From Euglena gracilis (taxonomy: Eukaryota), in contig CP154954.1 of the NCBI GenBank assembly GCA_039621445.1, positions 13,744,387 through 13,808,386 on the forward strand: a stretch of 64,000 bases of DNA, read 5' to 3'. Below, piece by piece: positions 11,687 to 25,711 of the stretch (the stretch's first letter is position 1; every line of letters begins with the position of its first letter). The translations under genes and the position numbers were made by a program. Below the pieces are notes generated by a model. It saw only the letters and a program-made list of their open reading frames with translations. It did not search any database and was not told the origin of the DNA.

Positions 11687-14600
11687 TCAGAACCTGCAAC
11701 CAGATTCAAGATGTAAGTCTCCGTATATGTGTAAGTACGGTAGTGGTTGTCGTTTGGGTAATGTAGTTGGGTATAGGTAGTTGTATGAGTTTTGAGTATG
11801 AGTAGTGCGCAAAAGCACATTTTGCACAGCGGTATTCCTCCTACGAGGATTTAGGGTTCTCATCCCCCTCCCTGCCCAAAGCCGGGGTTCCCTCCTCCAA
11901 AGAGGAAGTTTTAAACCCGTGCTTGTGGTGATGGGAATTGTAACGCGTTTTATCACCGCGATTTGAATCGCGATGACTTTGACTTGTACAGGGGGAATGA
12001 GAACGGTGACATTTTGTAGAGTGGTGGTTGTGTGATCCACAAAGAGAACACTGTTGTCGGTCTTGTGACTTGGATGGGCCTTCACCCGGCTGTCGTTGTG
12101 TCGAACGAGGGTCTGTTCGACCATGGGTGTGGTATCCCGGTTTCTCGAGTTGTAATCGCGAAGGGGGGGATCGACTTCGCGAACGGGATCGCGATGACTC
12201 GCGATTTGAATCACGGTTTATATGGGATCGGGATGACCGACCTTGAGGTTCACGATCGCGTCCGCGTTCGCGGAACGGTGATCGGGATCTTTGTCGGTAC
12301 TTTGTGTCTTGTGGTTTATCAAGTTTGTACAAAAACGTTGAGTAGTCTGAACTGCATAATGAATTTGATCCTTGTGGGCTGTGATGTCGCTTCCGTGCAT
12401 CAGGATTGGGGCAATCACGGGACTTGTGCCCCGATTTGTTGCCCAAAAAACATAATTTATCCGAATGTTGGTGATGAAAAAGAATTGTGCGTTTTGGAGT
12501 CTCGCTTCCGAGATTTGGAAGTATTTGTGAATTCCCGTGAGGATTTGTGCGAATTCTTCGCTTTTTGTAAGGCGTGACCCGAAAAATTGGGTATTCCTGC
12601 GGTGGGATGGTGGCTGAACGCCGATTGTGTCTGATTCAGTAGTTGTTTAAGCTTCATTTGTTTGGAAACGTAATTCCACCGTTGTTCAAGTGAAAGTGCG
12701 TTTCCTGCAAGCTCCTCGCGGTGAACTTCTCTGATGAGGTTGGGGATGAAATTCAAAAGAACAGCGTCAAACTGTTCCTTCGTTTGGTTTTCACCCAACT
12801 CATCAACTTCACCGGCCAATCCCAACCATTTGGAATACCAAAGGTCAATGGGCCTCCATTTCCGGTCACTTGGCGCGAATTGCCGCCATTTGTTCTCCAG
12901 CACAATTCGCGATACCAAACTTGAACAGGTTGACGCATATTGGTCAACCAGTTCTGGGAAAGAAATCCGATTCCGGATCACAAGTTGTTGGGCGCGTTCT
13001 TTTTCTTTCTTAGGGAGGCAATCAATGAACTACATTTTGATTACCTCGGGATTCCCGTCCTGGGTTGGACCCTTCAGGTCCCAGTAATATTCCCAGTCGC
13101 GCCAAAACTGTTTCCAACTTGTGGGATCTCCGTCACATTGTGGCTTAACTTTGTTTGCAATTGTAATTGTACCTTTGAAACCGCGTTGTGGTGCGTGATG
13201 TCCGTCATGGTTGTTGGTATAGGGTTGTGACTGTGGCATGCGCGAATGCGCATCCAGGTTGTTACTCATGGTACCACAGGTACCATGGCTGTATGGTACG
13301 TCGCGATTCCGCGAATTTGGTGGTGGTATGTTGCGATTCCGCGAATCTTGTGGTGGTATGTCGCGATTCCGCGATTCTTGCTGTAGAATGTCGCGATTCC
13401 GCGATTCTGATTGTACAGTGTCGCGATTCCGAGATTCGGGGTGTGGTAACAATTCAGGGGGGTAGAAACCTCGTTGTTCACCCGCAAATCGGGGAACCGC
13501 GGTAGATATCGCGTTTCGCATTCACGACCAATGACCAATCCGCGGGGTAGGGGTATGGCTCATTCAGCGAATTAGTTCCGATTCACGAAATTACTGTTGT
13601 TTAAACCGGGGGATTCACGGTTTTAGAGGCAAAACCCGGTTCCTCGTCCGAAGATTCACCCTTATGGGGGGGAATCTTAAGTTGTGGTGTAAACGGGCGA
13701 TTGTAATCGCGATTGTAAGCATGTTCCTGATCATGCGCATCCCTGGATGCTTGTAGGGCATGTTCATCCGAGGATGCTTGTAAAGATGCACGTACTGCGC
13801 CTTTGGAAGGATTAGCATCCCACGAGCCGCGAATTTGATGCACAATGTCGGGAGTTGGATGTCGGGCATCCGAAGATGTTTCGGATGCTGCACAAACAGC
13901 GCTTTGTGAGCTGGAAGTTGTATTTTGACCACTGAAAACTTCGTTTACATGGGCAAAGTGCAGGGGGTTGCGGGATTTTGCATGAATCTCATCCAAACTC
14001 AATGCAAAATCTTGGATGCTTTGTTCCAATGAAAAAACCACTTGGAAAAGGTCCGAAATTCGTTCAACATCACACTGCAAACACTTAATATGTTTCGGGT
14101 TTGAGGGTAGTTCTTCCAAAAGTGGTAATTTGTCAACAATGGAGTCAAAACCCGCTGAAAGCTTTGAAAAAGCGGTGTCCAAGAATTGGACCCGTTTGTC
14201 CAAAGTTTCCATTGCGGTTGTAATGGTGTTCAACCGTTTCTTGGTTTGTGTGATTGAGGTACCCAACGTGGGTTGGGGTACCCCTACCGCATTTTCAGCG
14301 GTTTTGTCGTCCATCGTTGTAGAAAGTCGGTTGTTGCTGGGTGACCGAATTTTCGGTCCTCATCAAGGTTTCACAAAATTTTTGTAAGTTTTCCTGATTT
14401 TTCGCGAGCATTTGGTCATAAAATGCGAAAATAAGGGGGTAGTTCGACTTCGCGAACCGTTTGTATATCCGAAGATGGTTGGAGTCCGGAGACCCTTGTA
14501 GAAAGTGCTTGTACGTGTTTTTGTGAATGGGAAGTGGTTGATTGTAAGGTTTTGTGTTGGGTATTCAAATCCGCAAGCGCTGTTTCAGTGCCGGTGACAT

Positions 14601-15983
14601 CCGGAAGTTAATTTTGAATACCGTTACACCGTTTGTGCAAATCCGCAGACGCAGATTCGATTTTGTTCACATCCGCTTGTAACTGATTGTGCAAATTGGT
14701 TACAGTAGATCGTAATTCTCCCATACTGGGATTTTTGGTGGAAGTTTCCGCAAAGCGGCGTTGTAAGACTCCAATTGCAGTTTGTAGTCCCGAAACATCC
14801 GCAAAATCGGTTTTCACGTCTGCAAATGCAGTTTGGAGGTCCGCATTCGCGGTTTGTAATGACCGTTTCTCGGTCTTGGAGTTCCGCATTCGCGGTTTGT
14901 AGGCTAAGAATAACCGCATCGCGGGATTGGAGCTCCGCCGTAGTGATTTGTAGCGCATTGGAAGCAGTTTCAAGTTTTGTATATCATTTTGCAACGTTTC
15001 ATGGAGGAACTCCTGCCGATGCGCGATGTCCGACACTTGAGTGTGCAATGTGGTCAAATGGTGGGGAACTTCACCGCATTTGGAGGAAGTTTGTTCCAAA
15101 CGAGCAATCTGCTCTTCCAGTTTTTGAGCAAAAGCTCTTTGTACATAGTTTTCGCGTATTTGTTAAACGTTGTGATGAAAACTCGCGTTTTCATCACCGA
15201 AACGCAAAATGCGTTCTTGGGAATGTTGTACAACATTGCACAAAGTTAAAAAGTGCTCATATGACACATATGAGCCAATTTTCGCACCAGTAGGCGCTTT
15301 ATCCCGTTGTTGTAACCGGGACTGCATGTCTTGCATTGTATAAGAAAAGTTTTCCAGTTGTGTAAACAGTTGTTGTAGATTTTGTTGTAAATGTGAACGT
15401 TTTGTGTTATTCCGCGATTCCGCGGTTTGGAGGGTCTCTTGTACCTGTTGGAAGTTTTGCACCAAGGTGTCGCGCAAAAATGCGTCAAAACCTTGGTGGA
15501 GGTTCTGAAGGTCCATTGTAGTGGAGTTGAAATTCTTTTGGCAAAATTGTCCAAATTCTTGGATATATTGCCAAAGGAAATCCAGCTTGCCGAAAACGGC
15601 CTTGTGACTGTCTTCATCAAATTGTAGGACTTGGTTCAGTGTTTTAGCGCAATTCTGTACACATGCTTCGATTTGTCGAAATTGCTGTTGTAGTGGGCGT
15701 TCTCCGGTAAATTTGCGACTACGCGCTCAACGGTATTACTGGAGAACTCATCCCGGTCTTCCTGGGAGTCATTGTCCATGGGAACAATGACACCGGCAGT
15801 GTCCGGGACCCCCAACCACATTTCAGCGGACCAAGGTAGAACTGGGATTTCTCCCAATTGTGGAGGGGGGGGCAAGTCCTGAATGGGGCTTACGGGTGGT
15901 AGGACCTGGGGGGGGTTGGAAAAAACAAGGTGTTTCCAACCCGTCCTCGTAAGGGGGGGACTCTGCTGGCAATTGGGTGCCAA
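11687..15983 (-). pseudogene. Degenerate gag-like gene of element E (coiled coil, capsid-like region, zinc knuckles)
   Basis: Heptad-rich fragments 14608-15620; PQCDGDPTSWKQFWRDWEYY; knuckles ..GNKSGHKSRDC and CSLCGSHNHHSTKC; many frameshifts. Confidence 0.75.
13299..13440. repeat. 30-bp coding tandem repeat in E gag (encodes ESRNRDI...)
   Basis: Five copies of (G)TCGCGATTCCGCGA(A/T)T. Confidence 0.85.
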
Positions 15984-16203
15984 AAAGCACTAATTGCCAA
16001 CCACGTTCGGGCATTCTGCCCACTTGTGAGTCAGACTCCGCGGAAGCGGAGGGGGTCCGTAGACCCATTGTAGGGTTATGTTGTGTCTATATGGGTCCGC
16101 GAATGCGGGTTGGGTCCGTAGACCCCTGGAGGTGGGGGGCACAGCCGAAGCGGCTTGGGTCCGAAGACCCTTGGAGGGGGGGTCGTAAGACCGTTTACCT
16201 AAT

Positions 16204-16212
16204 CTGCTACCA
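16204..16212 (-). promoter_or_regulatory. PBS of element E (TGGTAGCAG)
   Basis: Abuts the 5' LTR. Confidence 0.8.
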
Positions 16213-16656
16213 AGTGTACGTCCCGCCCTTTCTCTTTCACTTTCCCCTTTTTCCCAAAAAAGGCGCGGGAGTAACAAATATAAAAATCATAAACCCTTTG
16301 TCCCCTTTACGCAGAGAACAAGGCAAAGGGAGAGAAGGTTTTGTTTTGGGACCCGAGTCCCTTTTCTGTTGTTCTTGTTGACCTCTTCGGGTCTTGATAA
16401 AGAGAACAAAAATAATTGTAAAGGTTGGGGTCTTCGCCCCTCAAGAGAAAACCTACTTACAAAACCATCCCAATAAAACCTCAAGCTAAGTAGGAACCAA
16501 GTGTTTCTTATTCTGCAGGAGAATTCCCTAACTGGGACGTCATCGCCAGTTAGTGCAGAATCACATAGCACTGTGTGCAGCTGGCCAAAGGCCAGTTAAC
16601 AGGCATTCGCCCTTTGTAGCAGACAATGCCATGGAATCATGGCTGCCTGGTACACA
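16213..16656 (-). repeat. 5' LTR of element E (444 bp)
   Basis: Direct repeat of 5250-5692; followed by TSD AACAT. Confidence 0.9.
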
Positions 16657-16970
16657 AACATCCATGCCGGCGGATGTTGCAACGGCGAGCAGAGGGAACC
16701 GCGGTCATTGGAACTGGAAGTGCTTCTCAGCCGGTAAAACACTGTAGGACAAGACAATTTTTCCGTTGGATAAACATTTTTAGGAACATATTTCACGGCA
16801 GCATCATGACTACGCCGGAAGAAGGGGGGCAGAGAAAAAATAACCGGGCGGCACGGAAAAGCCCCCCAAACAACACAAATTTTGCCAAAAAAAAAACACA
16901 AACAAAACGCTTTTGTGCCCCCCCTTTCCAACAGAGTCCCAAACAACTCCTTCCTGAGAGAAGCCTGTTG

Positions 16971-17130
16971 CCCAAAACTGGCCACCACATCTGGCCCAAA
17001 ACTGGCCACCACATCTGGCCCAAAACTGGCCATGACCTGTGGCCCAAAACTGGCCACGGCCTGTGGCCCAAAACTGGCAATCACATCTGGCCCAAAACTG
17101 GCCACCACATCTGGCCCAAAAATGGCCACA
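16971..17130. repeat. 24-bp minisatellite CCCAAAACTGGCCACCACATCTGG
   Basis: About 6.5 head-to-tail copies with no spacers. Confidence 0.9.
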
Positions 17131-17904
17131 AGATGTGAATCAAACCAATGAAAAGCACATCAGAATGAACCAGAATACCATGACATTGCAAAACAAAAGT
17201 GAAATGCAAGATTTTGGGGCCCAAAATTTGCATTTCACACTTTTTTTGCAAAATTTGGGCCATTTGCTTGATTGAAAAACTTCTTCCACAATTTTTGGTT
17301 TCCTTGGGCAAGAATATTCGTTGAACAACAAATAAAGAAGGCAAGAAACAAAAGTCAGCCAGCATCTAAGGATAAAACGTCTGTGAAATCTGTCTACAGA
17401 CTTGAAACGTGTGATCCCACCACCAGTAGCTTAAAAAGTAGCCCCACCAAGGGCCTGTCACCATGTTGCAGGAAGGCCTCTGCTCGGTCGAGTGTGGATT
17501 CTTTCAGAGCAAAGGCCTGAGTTGACTGCATGTGGTGATACCAGCCCTCTTTCCAATAGGTTCCTGTATTTCCACTCATTTCAGCAGCCTGTACTTTCAT
17601 CATAATTATCCCACACAGCTTCCACCCGAAATGACATTGCGACACTGAAGGAGAAGGATTAGGAATGCAAGCAATTTTTTGTGTATGGGTGAATCATAAT
17701 TTTTTTTGACAAATTCCATCACGGCCAGCCAGACCTCCTCCTCCTTTTTCAGATCCTCAACACTGAATCCAGCCAGACCTCCTCCTCCTCTAAATCTCCT
17801 CAGCCAGCCGTGGCTGGCCATGGCTGGCCAGACCTCCTCCTTTTTTTTTTTGCCAGCCAGCCAGCCGCGGCTAGCCGCGGCTAGCCAGATACCCCAGCTC
17901 CCCT

Positions 17905-19866
17905 GAGCCGCCTCCACGTGGCGTTGGCCGAGCGCCTCGCCGAGCTGCTCAGCCGCCGCTACACTCTCGAGCTGGCGGATCCTTCACCCGGGCCCCCCCC
18001 CCCCCCCCCCGGCCCATCGGCTCCACGCCTCCATCGTCCATGCCCGCTCCCCGCCTCACGCCAGCCCACCGTCCCCACCCTCCGCCAGTGAGAGATCTCC
18101 GACCGCGCAGCCCCCCGCCCCCCTCCAGGCCCCGCGCCAACCCCGCCACATGGCGAAGCCCGTCGGCTGTGGCTGCGCTCCCGCCTCGACGATCTCCTGC
18201 GCAATGAGATGGTGGCCTGCCCGGCCGCCTGCGGCTGCTCCGCCGTCGCCGTCCTGGCCCTGTTCGAGACAACCACCGGAGAGCCTTTCACCGCCTCCCC
18301 CGGCACACCGGTCAAGGACCGTGTGTCCGGTGTGGCCCGCGTGCTGAGCAACTTGCTGGTCGAGTCTGCCCTGATGCAGCCCCCCCTCTCGAGAATCCGG
18401 CGTAAGGGCACGTTCTATTACAGCCGTGCCCCGAAGGCCTTGCTCGACGCGGACCGGTGGAGACGCTACACCCAAGCCCGCGAGGCAGCCCACCCCACGG
18501 CCGCCCTCCACCACCGGATGACCTCCGCGGACTCCACCTTCGTCTCGTGGATCCGCAATCACCGCTCCCTCACCACCCTCAGTACCCCCGGACCGGGGCG
18601 AGTGCAGCATGGCCCTGTTGCTGCTGTGGGAGATCGACCACGACCGCCCCTTCCCCTCCACCAGCGCCAACCTGTCGGGCTTCACCTGCCGCCTACAGAC
18701 CCGCGTGCGGCAGACCCCCGACCTGGACTGGTTCTTCCACAAGGACGTCTACCTCCCCCGCGCCCGGGGACTCCCGTGCTCCCACCACGTCCGCTGGTCG
18801 GTGCAGGTGGTGGAGCCGACAGCCAGAGCGGGGGCCGCATGGTGCGCGCCGGAGCACCATCTACGTAAACGGTGCCTGCCGGTTATATCCGCACACTGCC
18901 TCACGAACTGTATAAATCAAAAAAATTACTTTCTCAGATCACCTTCATACTTATGGCACTGGGAGGGGAGCAGGATCTGGCCTGGGGGGGGGGGTTTGTG
19001 GGCCGATCCTAGGGTCGGCCCACGGTCGCGAAAGGTCGCCAAAGGTCGCCATGGCCGCCAAAGGTCGATGTCAAAATATGCGCTCCAGGGCAAAATGGCG
19101 CACAACTTACACACAAAAGGAGTTACACACACAAGGGATTTGGTTATTTTAGGGCCGCCGAACAGTTGCCTACGGCGCTACAGTGCAAAAAAAGACTGAG
19201 TAGGAAATACCCACAGCGACAGTTGGCGACCTTTGGCGACCGTGGGCCGACCCAAGGGTCGGCCCACAACCCCCCCCCCCCCCCAGGCCAGATCCGGGAG
19301 CCGCAGTGGGAAGTGGCCGACTGGTCGGTGGGAATCGTGCTGCCCGACTGGAATGGGAACATTTTTTCCCAATCCGGCACAATGTGTGATGAGTGGCAAG
19401 GTTGAAACGATTCGTGGCACATTGGCAGCTGTACCTCCGCAGCTTGCTGGCCCCCGCCCTTCCCCCGGTGACCCCGGCAGCCCCGATGTCCTTGCTCCTC
19501 CCGGCGCCATCGTCATCGCCCCCTCCATACCCAGCGTCCAGGACCGTGACAATGCCGGCCGTCTCAGCGAACGCCCCCGCACCGGCAGATGCAGACCCCC
19601 CCAGCCCGCCCGACCCATCCAGGCCGCATCAAAACGTCGTGCGGTCTCCTCCGAACCCCGCCTCCAACCCCGGCACTCTCCGGCCGACGACCGCCTACCT
19701 CCCACAGCCCCCTAGCCACGGATGTCAGATCGTCTGCACGTCACCCCGCCCGGCTGCTGGCCCACCCACCCCTTGGAAGCAGCAGGCCACCTTGGCCGAC
19801 TGGATGCATCCCGCTCGTCCCCGGCCGCCTCATCATGGGCTTGCCACGGAGGGCCCGCCCACCTAG
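17905..19866 (+). pseudogene. LINE segment 3: C-terminal extension of the ORF, interrupted ~18870-19420
   Basis: In frame with segment 2 across the TIR element; same C-rich composition; ends ...HGLATEGPPT* at 19866. Confidence 0.6.
18957..19308. mobile_element. MITE with CACTG...CAGTG ends (CACTA/CMC-like), ~85-bp imperfect TIRs
   Basis: GGATCTGGCCTGGGG...GGGTCGGCCCACGGTCGC..AAGGTCGCCAA mirrored at 19223-19296; possible 2-bp TSD GG. Confidence 0.8.
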
Positions 19867-20142
19867 CCCGGTGGGCAGGGGCGAGGGAATCGCGGCTTGG
19901 GTTCGCGCCTAGGCCGTTGAGCCCACTCAGCGCCCGGTGATGGACAGCTCCATCGCCAACCGAGACCCCCCCCCTCCTCCGTGGACCCGAGACCAAGCGC
20001 CATGGAAAGGTTCCAGCCCAGGAGTGCAACCAGCCCACAGGGTGGGAGGAGTTCCGAAGGAATAAGCGTCGTGCTCGACTGCTTCGGGGGAATCAGCAAG
20101 GAAGGCCGTACTCTGATGTCCACCCTCCTCTGTATCAAGAAT

Positions 20143-20220
20143 TGCGTCTTAAACGCAGACTCTGACCTTAGTCTGCGTTTCGAAACGGAGACTCAGGTCA
20201 GAGTGTGCGTTTAAGACGCA
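20143..20220. repeat. 78-bp near-perfect palindrome
   Basis: TGCGTCTTAAACGCAGACTCTGACCT...TTTCGAAA...AGGTCAGAGTGTGCGTTTAAGACGCA with 3 mismatched pairs. Confidence 0.9.
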
Positions 20221-20229
20221 GTTATTTAA

Positions 20230-21241
20230 GGCTGTGTTTATAAAGCAACATGGCTTTGGTCAAAGTCTGTGTTTCTCAACCTCGACGACGGACGGCAGAC
20301 TGACGACACATTTTTGGGTTTTAGCGAAGCTGAATTAGGATCCGCGGCAAAGATCTGGGGCCGGAAACCTCGGAATAAAAATATGTGGCCGTCGGGCAGT
20401 TTTTGGCCGCCGTCTGTGGCCTTCCGAACTAGAATCCTTTCGAAATAGTGGTAGCATTACCGTTAAACATGGGGAACATATGTGAAAGATGACACAATAT
20501 TTACATCGTCTCCTTCCATTTGCATACCCCATTTTACCTGCTGCACTTTGCAGCGTTGATGAGGGTGCTCTGGGCGCTGCACCCACGATCCAAGAGTTCT
20601 TTGGTATGCTCCAAAAAGTTGATGAGCACCACAGACGTTACCTAACCTTGTATAGTTATATTTTTTGGAACCACCCTCTGGGCCACTTGGGACATAAAAA
20701 AACACCCTCAAAGTGCCCTCCACCCTCAGAGTTGCTAAGGTTTTGACAAATTTGTCCCCCCCCTCAAAGTGGGCATTTTCTCTTGGCGGCGAATGCACCT
20801 AAGCCCCCCCAAAGAGTCCCCTCCCTCACAATGGCCGTTGTGGCAAATTTATTTCCCCCCCCCCCTCAATGTGGTCATTTTCTCTTGGCGCCGAAGGCGC
20901 CTAAGCCCAAAAATTGACCCCCCCCCCAAAGTGTCCCCTCCCTCACAATAGCCGTTTTGGCAAATTTGTTCCTCCCCCCTCAAAGTGGCCGTTTTCCCTT
21001 GGCGCCGAAGGCGCCAAAGCCCAAAAATTGACCCCCCCTAAAGTGTCCCCTCCTTTATTTCTGCATCGTTGGGCTGTTTCGGGGTCCAAATATTGTGAAC
21101 ACAATTTTCTAGGTTGGAGTCCGTGTTTAAAAACACGGACTTAGGTCAAAGTCTGTGTTTCTAAACACAGACCTTGGCACGCCAAAGTCTGTGTTTAGAA
21201 TCGCAGACTTTGACCAAAGCCATGTTCCTATAAACACAGCC
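20230..21241. mobile_element. ~1.0-kb non-autonomous TIR element flanked by TTAA (Kolobok-like ends), with internal ~115-bp triplicated repeat at 20750-21050
   Basis: TIR GGCTGTGTTTATA..AACATGGCTTTGGTCAAAGTCTG at both ends; TTAA at 20226-20229 and 21242-21245. Confidence 0.8.
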
Positions 21242-24200
21242 TTAAAGCCCTACTGGGGCAGAGGGAGGGCTGGCAGCAACGCCAAACCGAAGCAGAGGTT
21301 TGGCAGGGTCTCTCCTTGACACTCGCCAAAGAGATATCGAAACAACGTGTGTGGTGCTTCTACACTGGGCCGTCGGTGAGTGCTGACACCTCCCCCACAG
21401 GCTCTCACTCTCCCAATTCAAACTAAATCCAAGCCTCATTTCACCAGCACCATTTCACCGCAACCGTGCGAACGACGGCAAGGACGTCGTAAGGCTGGGC
21501 ATCAAAGTCACCAAACATCAGCACGGGCACCATAGTCCCAATAGAATACAATCCAAACCAGGCACAAACAGTCCGTGGCAACCCCATCCCAACACAACTC
21601 CGCTCTCCTCTCCCTCCCCTCCGCCCACCATCCCCCCCCATTATGTACCTCACCCCGGGAGGCCGAAATAGAGGGGGAGGTACATAATGGGCGGGAGGTA
21701 CGCAATGGGGGGGGTACCCAGGTCCCATTCCCAGCCCCGACCGAACAGCCCAAAAGGGGTGATTTTTTGGCAAGTTTTTGGATGCTCGCAACAAAATGGT
21801 CAATTTTCAGCACATTTGTCAAATATTACTTTTTGAAAACGTCCAAAAAAATGGATTTTTGAGCATTTTTTGGGGCCAAATTATATAGAAGAAGTGTTAT
21901 GACAGTGAGCTACTAGCGCCCCATTATGTACCTCCCCCAAGGGGGTACATAAAGGGGGGGTACATAATGGGGGGGATAGTATGCTTGTTAAGGCTGACGC
22001 CTTCTGCCCCTTTACGTCCCATAGCCGAACCCAACCAACAAGAGCCACACACCCCTCCCCCCCCAAAGGCTCTATATTGAAGGCGAGCCTCGCTCTTTTT
22101 CCACTTATTTCTTAACGACCTCCAGCCGTGTTCTACATGTTGTAGCATAGAACGCCCCACTGAGTCCCCTTGGGACGATGTGGAATGTATATTTCTGACC
22201 GACTTCTCTCTGGAATCAAGCTCTTCTCTGATGACAAAGGTTTGCAAACAACGCTGTCATGGAATGATGTTTTTTCTCTGTTGCAGATCTCTGACAACGA
22301 TTTGCCAAGTCTTTATGCAGGAGTGGCTTGCAACTGACGTGCTTTTGCATATGACTTTCAAGCATAATTTGCTGAGACCCTGCACACAGGTGGCTTGAGG
22401 TCAAATGGACTTATTGGAAGGAGTTTGTTACCTTTCTGGACCTGAGCGTGTCCCTGCTAAACAAGGCTGTATTGAAGTGGCGGGTGAATAACAGAGATTG
22501 AAGTTGAAGTGAAGTGAAGGTCAAATTTTAGAACTTCTTCAACAATTCTCCTGATGATTGATCCTTTCCCATGCAGGTTTTACCATGGACCATGCACCTC
22601 CTACAAAGAAATTGTGCTTTGTCAAGGGCCAGCAAGGGAAGAAGTATGAAGATTTACACAAATATTATGAACCTTCTGGCAAACCATATCGACTTCGATG
22701 CAAAGAGTGCTATAAAGTGTGGTTTGATGAGAGGTTGAAAGAGTTAGTTGCCAGTGGTGTGGCCGAAGGTGAAGCATGTCTTGTCATGAAAGAGAAAAGT
22801 CCAACCATGGTTCGATTATGTGTCAAATTACCCACTTTCTTTAAAATATGCAGAAATTTTTGGAAACACACTTGAGAAATGCTCTTCAAGCGGGACTTTC
22901 CATACCATTGAATGTGTTTTTCAGGCACAAGGGGGGTGTTGGCTCAAACCCGCAAGTTGAATTCGACTGTGGACTTTTTACGCCTTTTTCCGACACTTTT
23001 TCATTGGATTTTGGGGACTTGGGAACTTGGGGCGGGGGGGCACGGCGGAATATTGAAGTCAACAAAAGCAGGGCGTCCATCAACCGGACGACCTATCGCT
23101 CTGAGTAAACCACCTTTCCCCGAATATGGGAAGTGCCCGCTGGAAAGATAAAATTGTCCAAGCTGCATTGTTTGTGAGGATTAACCTTTTGCACTTTGGG
23201 AATGCCTCCCTCATTCCTCCTGCTTTGCGTGAAGCTGTGCAACATCATTATTCCCAAGGTCCAAGGGTTTGTCCCCGCACTTTGCATTTTCAGGGACATC
23301 AAATCCTGTCACAAGTTTGGACGCAACGTTCACCCGCATTTCTTTTCACAGGGTGTCATGCTTCATCTCGGTTTTTGGTAATCTTTTTTTGTGGGTTTTT
23401 TATATCCGATGCGCGTAGAACTGTGCCTTCCTTGGCATGTGGTGCTTTTCCGTGTGCTAACCAACTCCTCGTTGTGGGATTTAGTAAGAGAAAAAAGAAC
23501 CCTTGATTAGATTTGGAGGCGGATGATCCACCTGAAGTCGCACTTGAATTGCACGACACTGCCCTGTCATTTTGGCAAATCTGACCATCTCGTCCCAAAA
23601 ACCACTCCTTGGGGCACATTTGGATGAATTGGAGCCTTTTTTGTTTGCGTTTGTTTCCATGCAGAGGAAAGGATTGAGGTTGAACAGATGTTTAACAGAC
23701 GTTGAAGTTCAAGTGAGGTTGAAGTTTAACTTCTTCTTCTAACTTCTTTCCAGCCGTGCTTCTAAACTGCTCCATTTTGTTGGGATTGGCCATCGTGATG
23801 TCCTGCACAAGTAGTTTGCTTCTTTCGTGCTTCAGCTGTTTTGCCTTGCCCTGGGAAAAGCTCCTTAAACAGTTTTTTGTCAACCCAATCACCTGCAACA
23901 TTCACCCTCAGTGCGGTGCCACACCTTGGCCACAGTTGGGGGAAACTTTGCACATCTTGGCAAAGAAGGAAGCTACGTCTTGTGTCCACATGGCGGCAGT
24001 TTGGTGCCACAGGTTGGGGCAAAGTTTTGGTGAAAGCTTTTTGGTTCCAACTTTTTGGCACACCTTGGGCGCCCACATTCTGGGGCGAGTTTCGTGCCCC
24101 CATCTTTAGGCAGTTTTGTTCCCCAACTTGGGCACAAGTTTTGTACCACAGTGTCCTGTCCTGGGGGTCCTGTTTTTTTTTTTAGCTGGGTGGTACATGT

Positions 24201-25139
24201 AAAACGGTCCTTTCTCTCGGGGGCGGGGGGGGGGAACAAAACCCTAGGCAGTGTCCAAGGACGGGATTTTTCGAACTCTGGGTTTTTTACGGTGACCCCT
24301 GTTTCCTTCTGCTAGGAGCAGGCCTGGAAAAAGGCTAAAATAAAGGTCTTTTCCAAAAAAACAAGTTTTTGTCGAGTAAGAAAACGATCGGTTAGAAACG
24401 AGGGCCATCCCTTAGCAACTTCCGACTGCTCAACCACTAACCGGCCTGGCTGGTAGCGACTGGCTACTGTTCAACCACCGTTGGTCGTTTAATTTCCTAT
24501 TTGACGAAAATTACAGGTCTTATTTCCAAAGTGACTGACGCCCTAAATGCCCTAATTGACGACCTATTTGCCGGTCGTCTATCTGATGACGGAGAAGCCT
24601 AGGAGAGGCAGCCGGACACGAGAGGGCCGCCGTGGCCGCCTTGCTGGCGATGCAGGCCCCGAGGGCGACGCCACACATATTCCCCCCACCCGGGGAAGTT
24701 GGCACCTTGGGGCCTGTAGCGGCTGGCGTGTCACGTTGGAAACCACCCCAACTTACCCGTTTTAAAGGGTTTTGAGTCAATTTTGGGTGGGCGGGGTCGC
24801 CAGAGGGTGGGAAGGTCCTTGTGTACTGGGTGTGCAAAAAAAGTGGATGGGTGGATTTCAAAATTTCAAAACAACAAAAAATGAATGCATGAACATTGCT
24901 TAAAAATTCAAACAAGGACATGCCAACCTTCGCACACAGACCCTTCCCTGGCGTGACGGGGCGCGCTGTCACGCAACAGGCGGCAAAAATGCAGCGGTCA
25001 AGGTTCAGGGCAATGTGTGGGCGGCCAACCAACCCCCCACCCCAGGAAATGAGAAGACTTCATGCCTGACAACTTCCCGAAGACTTGGCCAGACTCACCC
25101 ATGGCACTGTAAAACAAAGAGCCCAGAAACCCTGAAACC

Positions 25140-25226
25140 CCCCCAGGGGGTGTCACTTATGAGGGGGTGTCACTTATGGAGGGGGGTGTCACTAATGTGG
25201 GGGGGGTGTCACTTATGGGGGGGGTG
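25140..25226. repeat. Minisatellite GTGTCACTTATG(G)n
   Basis: Four tandem units; related units at 25515-25600. Confidence 0.75.
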
Positions 25227-25711
25227 ACGCATATGGCGGTCCAAGGTGCAAAGTCAAAGGTGAGGATCAAGGCCTGTCTACGAACCACTAGGTCCGCAAA
25301 TGAGACTCTCAGTCTCGGTTCTCAACAACACGCCAAACACATGCCGGAGCTTGAAACACTCAAGCATCCACTGTGATACCAAGCATACACTGTGGTTCAA
25401 AACCCAATTGCAGTTGCTTCATTTTGGGTGCCACGGCTGTCAAAGAGAGACAAAGGGAGAAAAAAACAACGCGCCTTAGCATGCGGTCTTAAAAAAATTT
25501 CTGGCGCCGGGGGGGGTAGTGTCATTTATTGGGCGGGGGTCATTTCTGACGGGGGGGAGGGTAGTGTCACTTATGGGGGGGGGTCATTTATGGGGGGGGG
25601 GGGTAATGTTAGCGCTTAGTTTTTGGGTCAATTCAAAGACATTGCAAACAAATGCAAAGACGTTGGAAACAAGGTGAGAAGCGTCCAAGACATATTTTCA
25701 CTTGACACTGG

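Noticed and set aside
16971-17130. CRISPR-like array (also considered for 7035-7655)
   Set aside because: Head-to-tail units without unique spacers, no cas genes, eukaryotic context.
22586-22810. BED-finger/hAT-like exon (YRLRCKEC) with possible splice sites
   Set aside because: Only a CxxC is visible; no His pair, catalytic domain or TIRs found.
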